From an uncultured Planctomycetaceae bacterium (GTDB lineage Bacteria; Planctomycetota; UBA8742; UBA2392): 36,042 bases of DNA. The stretch lies in contig CAZNBU010000001.1 of the NCBI GenBank assembly GCA_964571035.1, forward strand, positions 5,533-41,574. The letters run 5' to 3'. How positions within the stretch are numbered: position 1 is the first letter of the stretch; each line of letters starts with the position of its first letter. A program made the translations under genes and the position numbers. Positions 25,515-33,152 of this stretch are shown one piece after another. A model generated the notes under the pieces. The model was not told the origin of the DNA. It did no database searches and saw only the letters and a list, made by a program, of their open reading frames with translations.

Positions 25515-25793
25515 ATGGCCTCTACAGGACCAAGCATGTCCTCAAAAAGCAGCGACGTCTACGACTACTATTATGAGAACTACCTGATCCTGTACAACCT
25601 GTACGGCAGGGGCCGCCCCTACCTTACCCGTGAGCTCTTCGAGCAGCTTGATACAGAACTGATGCAGATCGTGGCACTGGCAGACAACGCGCAACTTTCC
25701 CGCGACCAGATCGCCCGCGTGCGCGACATCGAATACATGCTGATGGACGACATCGCCGAAGCCCTGCTGGATCGGCCGTCAGCCGCTCGATAG
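25515..25793 (+). CDS. Small hypothetical protein (85-92 aa) with a Tyr-rich N-terminal segment
   Basis: GC-rich third-codon positions match the surrounding genes. Eight Tyr occur within 'DVYDYYYENYLILYNLYGRGRPY'. An alternative in-frame ATG lies at 25536 (AGGA 6 nt upstream). The gene is co-directional with glmS and ends 76 nt upstream of it. Confidence 0.5.
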   Translation: MASTGPSMSSKSSDVYDYYYENYLILYNLYGRGRPYLTRELFEQLDTELMQIVALADNAQLSRDQIARVRDIEYMLMDDIAEALLDRPSAAR

Positions 25794-25835
25794 GCGCAGA
25801 AACCTGCAATCGCTCCACCTCTCGCCCCTCGCGCG

Positions 25836-25850
25836 CCGATATGATATCGG
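25836..25850. promoter_or_regulatory. Perfect 7+1+7 palindrome CCGATATGATATCGG upstream of glmS (candidate operator)
   Basis: CCGATAT (25836-25842) and ATATCGG (25844-25850) are exact reverse complements. The centre is about 27 nt upstream of the glmS GTG and just upstream of its GGAG ribosome-binding site. It is AT-rich in a GC-rich background. Confidence 0.35.
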
Positions 25851-25869
25851 GACCGCCGGAGATGAAAGC

Positions 25870-27696
25870 GTGTGTGGAATCGTTGGATACGTCGGGCCGA
25901 GGGAGGCCACCGAGGTCCTGATCGAGGGCCTGCGGCGGCTTGAATATCGCGGGTACGACTCGGCGGGCGTGGCGGTGCTGAACGGCACGGGCATCGCGGT
26001 GCGCAAGGCGGTCGGCCGGCTTTCCAGCCTTGAGAAAGAGCTGGCGAGCAACGGCGTCCACGGCGGTGTGGGCATCGGCCACACGCGCTGGGCCACCCAC
26101 GGCGCGCCGAGCGTGGTCAACAGCCACCCGCACGTCAGCTATGACGGCAAGCTGAGCATCATTCACAACGGCATCATCGAGAATTATCGCGAGCTCAAGA
26201 ACGAGCTGGTCGCGGAAGGCATCAAGTTCGCCAGCGATACGGACACTGAGGTCGTCGCGCACCTTGTGGCCCGTGAGTTCCAGGGCGACCTGGTGAAGGC
26301 GCTGGCAACCGTGCTCAAGCGCATTCGGGGCGCGTACGCGCTGGCTGTGTGCCACGCCGATCAGCCGGATCGCATCGTCGCCACCCGCATGGGCAGCCCG
26401 CTGGTACTGGGGTTGGGCGACGGCGAGAACTTTGTCGCCAGCGACGTGCCCGCGTTGCTCAAGTACACACGACGCGTGGTGTTCCTTGAAGAAGGGCAGA
26501 TCGCCGAGGTCTCCAGCAAAGGCGTGCGGATCTTCGACGCCGAGCTTGACCCTGTGACGCCGAAGGAAGTCACCACCAACCTGACGCTCGATGCCGCCGA
26601 GAAGGAAGGCTACGAGCACTTCATGCTCAAGGAGATTCACGAACAGCCGACTTCGCTGGCGGAGACAATCCGCGGGCGGTTGGCCGATGGGCGCGTGGAT
26701 CTTTCTGAGCTGAACCTGGACGCCGACACGCTGAAAGGCATTCGCCGGGTCGCCATTCTGGCCTGCGGCACCAGCCTGTATTCCGGCATGGTTGGCAAGT
26801 ACCTGTTCGAGCACTTCACCGGCTTGCCTACGGAGGCCTGGAGCGCGAGCGAGTTCCGCTACGCTGACCCGATCGTGAATGACCAGATGCTGGTCATCGC
26901 CGTAAGCCAGAGCGGCGAGACCGCCGACACCCTGGAAGCGCTGCGCATCTGCAAGCAGGGCGGCGCGAAGACGCTGGCCGTCTGCAACGTCATGGGCAGC
27001 AGCATCCCGCGCAACGTTGACGCCACGCTGTACACCCGGGCGGGGCCGGAAATCGGCGTTGCCAGCACCAAGGCCTACACCACGCAGCTCGCCGCGTTCG
27101 CGCTGCTGGCGGTGGGTATCGGCCGGATGCTGGGCCACGCCAGCGAACCCGATGAGCAACGCATCGTAGCCGGGTTGCAGCAGCTTCCGCGCCAGGTGCG
27201 CGACCTGCTGACCGAGGACATCGTCGCCGTAAAGCGCTGCGCCAAGCGCTACAAGAAGGTGTTCAACTTCATGTACATCGGGCGGCACTACAACTACCCC
27301 ACCGCCATGGAGGGCGCGCTGAAGCTGAAAGAGATCAGCTACATCCACGCCGAAGGCTACGCCGGCGGCGAGATGAAGCACGGCCCGCTGGCGCTGGTGG
27401 AAGACTCATTCCCTACGATCGCCATCGCGCCCAAGGGGCGCACGCGCGAAAAGATGATCAGCAACGTACAGGAAGTGAAAGCCCGCAAGGGCGTCGTCGT
27501 GGTGGTCAGCACTCACGGCGACGAAGAGGCCCGCGAGCTTGCCGACTACCTGATCGAGATCCCGGACTGCGAAGAAGAGCTCAGCCCGATCCTCGCCATC
27601 GTGCCGCTGCAACTGCTGGCGTACTACACCGCCATGCAACTCGGGCGCGACGTAGACAAGCCGCGCAACCTGGCCAAGTCGGTCACCGTCGAATAG
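25870..27696 (+). CDS. glmS: Glutamine--fructose-6-phosphate aminotransferase (isomerising)
   Basis: GTG start giving (M)CGIVGYVG with the Ntn catalytic Cys2. Two SIS domains are present ('ACGTSLYSG', 'AVSQSGETADT') and the C-terminus is 'DKPRNLAKSVTVE'. GGAG lies 9 nt upstream. Confidence 0.95.
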   Translation: MCGIVGYVGPREATEVLIEGLRRLEYRGYDSAGVAVLNGTGIAVRKAVGRLSSLEKELASNGVHGGVGIGHTRWATHGAPSVVNSHPHVSYDGKLSIIHNGIIENYRELKNELVAEGIKFASDTDTEVVAHLVAREFQGDLVKALATVLKRIRGAYALAVCHADQPDRIVATRMGSPLVLGLGDGENFVASDVPALLKYTRRVVFLEEGQIAEVSSKGVRIFDAELDPVTPKEVTTNLTLDAAEKEGYEHFMLKEIHEQPTSLAETIRGRLADGRVDLSELNLDADTLKGIRRVAILACGTSLYSGMVGKYLFEHFTGLPTEAWSASEFRYADPIVNDQMLVIAVSQSGETADTLEALRICKQGGAKTLAVCNVMGSSIPRNVDATLYTRAGPEIGVASTKAYTTQLAAFALLAVGIGRMLGHASEPDEQRIVAGLQQLPRQVRDLLTEDIVAVKRCAKRYKKVFNFMYIGRHYNYPTAMEGALKLKEISYIHAEGYAGGEMKHGPLALVEDSFPTIAIAPKGRTREKMISNVQEVKARKGVVVVVSTHGDEEARELADYLIEIPDCEEELSPILAIVPLQLLAYYTAMQLGRDVDKPRNLAKSVTVE

Positions 27697-27773
27697 TCGC
27701 GCTGCCCGTTGCCGCTGCGCCCCGCCGCCGTTAACCTGAGCGCGCCCTGATCCAGCCCCGTCCAGGCTCTACC

Positions 27774-29180
27774 GTGAAGGCAACTTTCGTTCTGTCCGCT
27801 TTGCTGTTGCTCGTGGCGTGCACCTCAACCGCGCCGGGCGACGATGAAACTTCACGCAAAGAGTTCGTGGCTGCGGAAACAGCCAGCGGCGCCCACGAGC
27901 GCGAAGCCAAACCGGCTGCCAATCAACCGCTCAGCGCCCAGGAACAATCCGACGCGGCGCTGCTGATCGCCAAGCTCGAACAGACCGCCGACCAGGCCGA
28001 GCGTGACACGCTGTTGCAGCAGTTGATCGGGCTGGGCCCACGCTACCTGCCGTACTTCCGCAAGGTGAACCGCGACGCGGTGCTGCTGGACATGATGTAC
28101 GTGATCCGCAAGATTGAAGGCGACAGGCAGCCGCCCGAAAGCGTAAGCGCCGAGAAGCCTGAGCGCGAAAGCACTGGCGGGGAGAGCCCAAAGGGCGCCG
28201 ACGCCGCAACCACCACCGACTACAACAAGGAAGAAGTCGAAAAGTACTGGGCGGCGCTGTTGAAAGAGGCCCAGCGCCTGCTGGAGATCGGCCGCTACGA
28301 CGCCGCCGTAAGAACAGCCGAAGCCGCCATCATCCTGCGGCCCGAAAGCCGCTGGCGCAGCGAGTTCGACGCCATCATCGTGCGCGCCCGCAGCGAAGGC
28401 CAGTCGGAGTTGCTGATTGCGGGCACCATGTCGATCGATCCGCCCTACGTGCGGTATGCCGAAGCAAAGCAAGGTGCGCCGTTCGCTGCGCCGTTGCAGG
28501 TGCATTGCTATCTCAAGAACGTTTCCGCGCAGCAGATCACGCTGCGGCTGAACGAGGGCGATGAAAGGCGCAGCCTGCTGCAACTGCTGGTGCGCTACGA
28601 GCAGACCGACTACCTCGGGCACGCCATGAGCCAGCAGGACAACGTCAGCCTGCCGATTGATGCCGGCGCGGCAGTCACGCTGCGGCCCGGCGAAAGCTAC
28701 GAGTTGATCGTGCCGCTGGCTGGGTTGACCTCGCTGGACGCAGATGCGCCGGTCAAGAACGCGCTGGGCAAGGCGCAGATTGACGCCTCGCTGCGCGTGT
28801 ACGGCGCGCTTGACGGCGACGGAAATCCGCTGATCCTGCGCCCGGTACGCTTCTCGCGACGCAGCGTGCTGATCTTCCCCGCCGAGTTCGAACTGGACGA
28901 AGCCAGGGACAAGCCGCTCACCTACATCCGCGAGTGCATCGACGAGGAACGCGCGCAGGACCTGTTTCTCGCGGCACACCTGGTCGAAGCAAAGGCACTG
29001 CGCAGCGCCGGCGACACTCTGACCGGCAACGACTTCGCCGACAGCCCGCTGGCGATGCAGCGCGCCCGGCTTCGCGCCCTCACGACGTTGTTCGGCGTCG
29101 GGCCGACCTGGGACATCCGCCAGTGGCGCGAATGGTGGAACTCCAACCGCCTGCGCGACCACGCAAAACTTAACGACTGA
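27774..29180 (+). CDS. Hypothetical lipoprotein, 468 aa
   Basis: GTG start. Signal and lipobox 'MKATFVLSALLLLVAC'. The N-terminal half looks helical and the C-terminal half beta-rich. I recognise no family. Confidence 0.6.
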   Translation: MKATFVLSALLLLVACTSTAPGDDETSRKEFVAAETASGAHEREAKPAANQPLSAQEQSDAALLIAKLEQTADQAERDTLLQQLIGLGPRYLPYFRKVNRDAVLLDMMYVIRKIEGDRQPPESVSAEKPERESTGGESPKGADAATTTDYNKEEVEKYWAALLKEAQRLLEIGRYDAAVRTAEAAIILRPESRWRSEFDAIIVRARSEGQSELLIAGTMSIDPPYVRYAEAKQGAPFAAPLQVHCYLKNVSAQQITLRLNEGDERRSLLQLLVRYEQTDYLGHAMSQQDNVSLPIDAGAAVTLRPGESYELIVPLAGLTSLDADAPVKNALGKAQIDASLRVYGALDGDGNPLILRPVRFSRRSVLIFPAEFELDEARDKPLTYIRECIDEERAQDLFLAAHLVEAKALRSAGDTLTGNDFADSPLAMQRARLRALTTLFGVGPTWDIRQWREWWNSNRLRDHAKLND

Positions 29181-29224
29181 AGTTTCGGGCCGCTGCCTGC
29201 CGATTCACCGCACGGAGGTGATCC

Positions 29225-29710
29225 ATGGCCCTGCCACGAAACCTGAAGCTCACGACCGACAACCGCACACGCATCGGAAGCCAGTTGCTGCGACTGGCGA
29301 ACCGCTACGATCGCGCGCTTTCCGAGCGCCTGTCGCGCTGGCGGCTTTCGCCTTCGCACTATGAGCTGCTGAAGCTGCTCTACTCAGCGCCCGACTACTC
29401 GCTGACCCACACCCAGTTGGCCGAAGCCACCGGCGTAACGCTGCCCAGCATCACGCTGGCGGTGAAGAAACTTGGGGCGATGCGGCTGGTGGGCAGCCAG
29501 CGCGGAGAGGACCGGCGCTCACGCATTGCGACGCTGACTGTCAAAGGCGCGGAAACGCTTGCGCTGCTATACGACCAGTACGAGCAATTCGCTGAGCTTC
29601 TGTTCACGTCGGTCGGAGACGCGGGCTCAAAGGCGCTTGAGAAGTCCATCCAGCGGCTGCTTTCGCGCCTTAGTGAGCTTGAAGATCAGCGTCAGGCTTT
29701 GGCGGCGTAG
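29225..29710 (+). CDS. MarR-family transcriptional regulator
   Basis: The 161-aa size and a winged-HTH region 'LTHTQLAEATGVTLPSITLAVKKLGAMRLVGSQRGEDRRSRIATLTVKG' fit MarR. A strong GGAGGTG lies 4 nt upstream of the ATG. Confidence 0.8.
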   Translation: MALPRNLKLTTDNRTRIGSQLLRLANRYDRALSERLSRWRLSPSHYELLKLLYSAPDYSLTHTQLAEATGVTLPSITLAVKKLGAMRLVGSQRGEDRRSRIATLTVKGAETLALLYDQYEQFAELLFTSVGDAGSKALEKSIQRLLSRLSELEDQRQALAA

Positions 29711-30689
29711 CATCGGCGCGGGTGAGCGGCATGCTCCAGATTCCTTCGGCGTTGCCTTCGCGCGCGCTGAAGAACAGCCGGTCGCCGCCCGGGAGCGATA
29801 CGACCACGGGCGACGCAACCTCGTCCAGCCCGCCCGGCTCGCGCAGGTCCGCTACCGTCTGACCGCGCGCATCCATCAACACAAACCCGTCTCCTCCCAC
29901 CGGCGCGGCGTCGGCTTTTGCCACGCTGACGGCGATCAATCCGCCGCCCCGCAGCGGCGCCGGCTGAATGCCGCCCCACGTGCGAACCGGGGCCAGCGAA
30001 AACAGGCGGCCGCTGTGCATGTCAAAGCGCATGAGTTCAAACCAGCGCGGCGTGAGCGTCGGGGCGTCCTGGAAGATCAATTGTGACGCCGACCCCGCCA
30101 CGAAGGCCGGGTGCGTGCCGATCAGCGGCCGCCCGCCGGAAGTCAGCAGCACTGAATGAATTCCGCCCACCATGTCGATGGTCTGCACCGCCCAGTTGAC
30201 TTCGCCCGGCAGCCACCCCGCGTATGCGATGGTGGTACTATCCGCAGACCAGGCCGGCTGAATGCTGTCATTGGCTTCGCCGGTGACGCAGGTGCTGATC
30301 CCGCTGCCCAGTTCCAGAACGCAGATGCGCCAGCGCCCGTCGCGGCGCGAGCCGTAGGCCAGGCGGGCTCCATCGGGTGAAACGCGGGGCCACAGTTCGT
30401 CGCCGGGATGATCGGTCAGCCGCTCGGCGGCAAACGAATCCAGCCGCTGGCGGTAGATGTTGAAACCTGCGCCGTCGCGGTCCGTGGCGTAGTAGAGCCA
30501 CGGCTCGCCGTCATGGATGGCAACAAACGGGTGAACGCTGCGGGTGCGCCCGTCGCCGACGTGGCGTGTCAGCGCTGCGCTGCCGTAGTCGCGGCCCGCG
30601 GCAACCCCCGGCAGGTCAGCCGGAATCACGGGCTTTGGCGCATGGCAGGCAGCCAGCAGCAACGGCAAAAGGATCCACGCGACCCGCAT
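29670..30689 (-). CDS. TolB-like (PD40/WD40-like beta-propeller repeat) lipoprotein
   Basis: Start set at ATG 30689 (MRVAWILLPLLLAAC; lipobox LAAC) with GGAGA 5 nt upstream. PD40-like repeats are present ('YYATDRDGAGFNIYRQ', 'WPRVSPDGARLAYGSRRDGRWRI', 'PAWSADSTTIAYAG'). The 3' end overlaps the MarR gene by 41 nt. Confidence 0.7.
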   Translation of the reverse strand: MRVAWILLPLLLAACHAPKPVIPADLPGVAAGRDYGSAALTRHVGDGRTRSVHPFVAIHDGEPWLYYATDRDGAGFNIYRQRLDSFAAERLTDHPGDELWPRVSPDGARLAYGSRRDGRWRICVLELGSGISTCVTGEANDSIQPAWSADSTTIAYAGWLPGEVNWAVQTIDMVGGIHSVLLTSGGRPLIGTHPAFVAGSASQLIFQDAPTLTPRWFELMRFDMHSGRLFSLAPVRTWGGIQPAPLRGGGLIAVSVAKADAAPVGGDGFVLMDARGQTVADLREPGGLDEVASPVVVSLPGGDRLFFSAREGNAEGIWSMPLTRADATPPKPDADLQAH

Positions 30690-30823
30690 GGGTTTCTCCA
30701 GACCCTTTCCCCGTACAGAGTTAATCGGCAGCCGCACCCCCGGAATTCAGCACAAAGTTGGCCTGTGACTGTCAGCCGAATTCAAGAACCACCGCGACGC
30801 CTGCCGATGCGCCGTTGGTGAAC

Positions 30824-31408
30824 ATGATGCGCAGAATGAGAAAGTGGTTGTTTCGCGGCATCATTGTCGCTGCCGTCATCGCCGCGGGATTGCTTTCAGC
30901 GGTGGTGTCCGGCGGCGCGGTTGAATCCGGCGAGAATGCCGACTGCATTGTTGTGCCCGGCGCGGCGGTCAAGCCCGGCCGCGTACCCAGCGACGCGCTG
31001 CAGTACCGGCTGGAAGGCGCGTTGAAACTATTCAAGCAACGGCGCGCGCCGCGCGTGATCGTGACCGGCGGTGGCGAAGGCGACTACGCAGAAGCCGAAG
31101 TCATGACCGATTGGCTTGTGGAGCGGGGCGTGCCGCGACTCGCCATTCTTGCAGAAACGCAATCCGCCACCACACGCGATAGCGGCGTGTACGTGGCCGC
31201 GCTGATGCGCAAGCACGGCCTGAAGTCGGCGCTGGTCTGCACCCAGTGGTTTCACGTCGCACGCACGCGCCTGTGCCTTGAGCAGGAAGGCATCGATACT
31301 CTGCCCGCGCCCTGTGGCGGCAACACGCTAGTGAAAGAGCCGTTCTTTGTGGCACGGGAGATGATTGCCCTGCCGGCGTACGCCTTGCGGGCGGACGAGC
31401 TGCGTTAG
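30824..31408 (+). CDS. DUF218-domain protein (YdcF/SanA/ElyC family)
   Basis: Start set at ATG 30824 (MMRRMRKWLFRGIIVAAVIAAGLL, a TM anchor). The DUF218 core is 'CIVVPGAAV....PSDALQYRLEGALKLFKQRRAPRVIVTGG...EAEVMTDWLVERGVP...ILAETQSATTRDS'. Confidence 0.75.
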   Translation: MMRRMRKWLFRGIIVAAVIAAGLLSAVVSGGAVESGENADCIVVPGAAVKPGRVPSDALQYRLEGALKLFKQRRAPRVIVTGGGEGDYAEAEVMTDWLVERGVPRLAILAETQSATTRDSGVYVAALMRKHGLKSALVCTQWFHVARTRLCLEQEGIDTLPAPCGGNTLVKEPFFVAREMIALPAYALRADELR

Positions 31409-33108
31409 TCGGCCAACTTCTGGTAATCGGGGTTCGCCTTGAGTGTCAGGTCGATCTTGAACCCCTTCTCGTCATCAACTTTGATCTGAATCTCGTCCGT
31501 GACGAGGTTGAAGTTCTCGATCTCGACCCACTCGTCTTCCGTGAACGCGCGGCCGCCGGTCATCGCGGCAAAGCGCAGTTTGAACGTGCTGCCGTAGTCC
31601 AGCAGCGGCACGAACACCATCCCACGCTCTTTCAGCTTGGGGTTATCGCGGAAGGCGTCGTTGCGGTACGGGCCGTACTCGCGCCCGTCAGCCTTCACCA
31701 GCTTGATGAACGCCACCATGTTCTTGCACAACTCGCCGTCGGGCAGCTTCACACTGCCGTAGGCAAACGGGATCTTGAACTCCAGCGTGATCTGCTGCTT
31801 CGCCTGGTCATCCACGCTGATCTCGCCCAGGAACATCGCCCCGCTCGCGCCGAAGGCTTCATACGTGCCGTTGGCAAGCCCGAGAAAACGCGCGATGCCA
31901 TCGGCGTCGGTGGACGCGCCCGCCGAATACGTCTGCTGGATGTGCTGCGGCACGTCGATCTTCTTGGGCAGCAGTTTGATATCGAGGTCCATGACCGGCA
32001 GGTCCTGCTCGTGCGTCACGACCTTGATGTCCACCTGCCTCATGTCCTCAGTGAACAGCTTCCACTCGATCTCTTTGCCTTCGAGCTTCGACGCCGACTG
32101 GTTCGGGATCACCTTGGTGACCGCTTCGCTGCCCTGCGGCTTGATCACGACCGTGAAGTCTTCCGGGTCGATGCTCCAAGCCTGAAAGTTGAAGGTCCCG
32201 ATCGGCCACATGACCGGCTTGTCGTTTTCATCGTAGGCGTCGGCGTGAAACCCGTCCGCGCTGGGGTTGCGAAGCTGGCGCAGGTACAGGTTGCTGTACA
32301 GGTCAATGGAAGCCGCGATCCCCTTGCCGGTACGCGCGTCGATTACCTTGCCCTTGAGTTGCGGCCCGCGCCGCAACGTCAGGTTCAGTGTCTGATCCTT
32401 GAACACCGGCAATTGGTTTTCGACCTTAATGTACCCGATCCAGTCGTTGGTACTGCGGTCGGTCCAGTAGCTCCATGCCCGGTAGTACCCGGTCGGCAGG
32501 TTGACGCTGTACTGGCCGTTGTCGTCCGTCAGCACGGTGATCGGGTGATCAAACAGGCGCGAGCTGCCGTCCTGGCCGACATCCAGCGGGGCAAAACTGA
32601 CGTTCGCGCGGCCGGGGCGTGTTTCGCTGCCCTCGATGGAAACGCGCCCGCTGATCCGCACGTCTTTCAGCGAACGCACGCGCAATTCCCAGGTGTTCGG
32701 CTCGTCCGCCTTCAGCGTGGAAACGGGGATGTTGGACCACCCGTCCGGAATGATGTAGTCGCCGAAGGCGAACACGCGAAGATCATCCGCCTTGGTGTTC
32801 AGCGTGATCGCGATCGCGCCTTTGTCGCTGGTAATGCAGGTCGCCTTTTCGTGTGGCTTTCCAGCAAACTTGGCGTGGACCAGCAGCTTGAACCCTGGGA
32901 CCGCATCCTCGCCGCCCAGCATCTTGAGCGTCGCGGTGACCTTCAGCGGCTTCGCGCCTTCCGGCAACACGCCGCCGAGCGTCACTTCACTCTTGAGTTC
33001 GGGCTTCGCCTCCTGCGCGATGGCCGGCGACGGCGCCAGCAATAACAGCGCAGCCGCCACTGAGGCAAGCATCGCGCAGATTACGCAGATTGCGGTTCTC
33101 GGCATCAT
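31405..33108 (-). CDS. Secreted multi-domain protein with carboxypeptidase-regulatory-like beta-sandwich modules
   Basis: Start set at ATG 33108 (MMPRTAICVICAMLASVAAALLLLAPSPAIAQE). Repeated patterns match CarboxypepD_reg-like domains: 'ISGRVSIEGSETRPGRANVSF...TDDNGQYSVNLPTGYYRAW', 'LKGKVIDARTGKGIAASIDLY' and 'TDADGIARFLGLANGTYEAF'. The ORF-track start is 33231. Confidence 0.6.
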   Translation of the reverse strand: MMPRTAICVICAMLASVAAALLLLAPSPAIAQEAKPELKSEVTLGGVLPEGAKPLKVTATLKMLGGEDAVPGFKLLVHAKFAGKPHEKATCITSDKGAIAITLNTKADDLRVFAFGDYIIPDGWSNIPVSTLKADEPNTWELRVRSLKDVRISGRVSIEGSETRPGRANVSFAPLDVGQDGSSRLFDHPITVLTDDNGQYSVNLPTGYYRAWSYWTDRSTNDWIGYIKVENQLPVFKDQTLNLTLRRGPQLKGKVIDARTGKGIAASIDLYSNLYLRQLRNPSADGFHADAYDENDKPVMWPIGTFNFQAWSIDPEDFTVVIKPQGSEAVTKVIPNQSASKLEGKEIEWKLFTEDMRQVDIKVVTHEQDLPVMDLDIKLLPKKIDVPQHIQQTYSAGASTDADGIARFLGLANGTYEAFGASGAMFLGEISVDDQAKQQITLEFKIPFAYGSVKLPDGELCKNMVAFIKLVKADGREYGPYRNDAFRDNPKLKERGMVFVPLLDYGSTFKLRFAAMTGGRAFTEDEWVEIENFNLVTDEIQIKVDDEKGFKIDLTLKANPDYQKLAD

Positions 33109-33152
33109 TGGTCCTGTAAACGAGCCAATCGCCCGGGCGTTCACTTCCGCGA

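Noticed and set aside
25794-25869. Possible glmS ribozyme upstream of glmS
   Set aside because: Only 76 nt are available, far shorter than the ribozyme, and no matching core sequence is visible.
25624-27381. 585-aa minus-strand ORF antisense to glmS
   Set aside because: It is a shadow ORF of glmS. The composition is Ala/Arg/Gly/Val-biased with no recognisable domain, whereas the glmS frame has every canonical motif.
27852-29162. 436-aa minus-strand ORF antisense to the 468-aa lipoprotein gene
   Set aside because: The plus-strand frame has a clean lipoprotein signal and lipobox and a balanced composition. The antisense frame is Ala/Arg/Gly/Gln-rich with no signal or motif, but neither has a known family, so this rejection is less certain than the others.
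30743-30783. Two GAATTC-centred imperfect inverted half-sites 35 bp apart in the TolB-like/DUF218 divergent region, a possible MarR operator
   Set aside because: The arms match at only about 8 of 10 positions, and the spacing is large for a MarR-type operator. The evidence is too weak to call.
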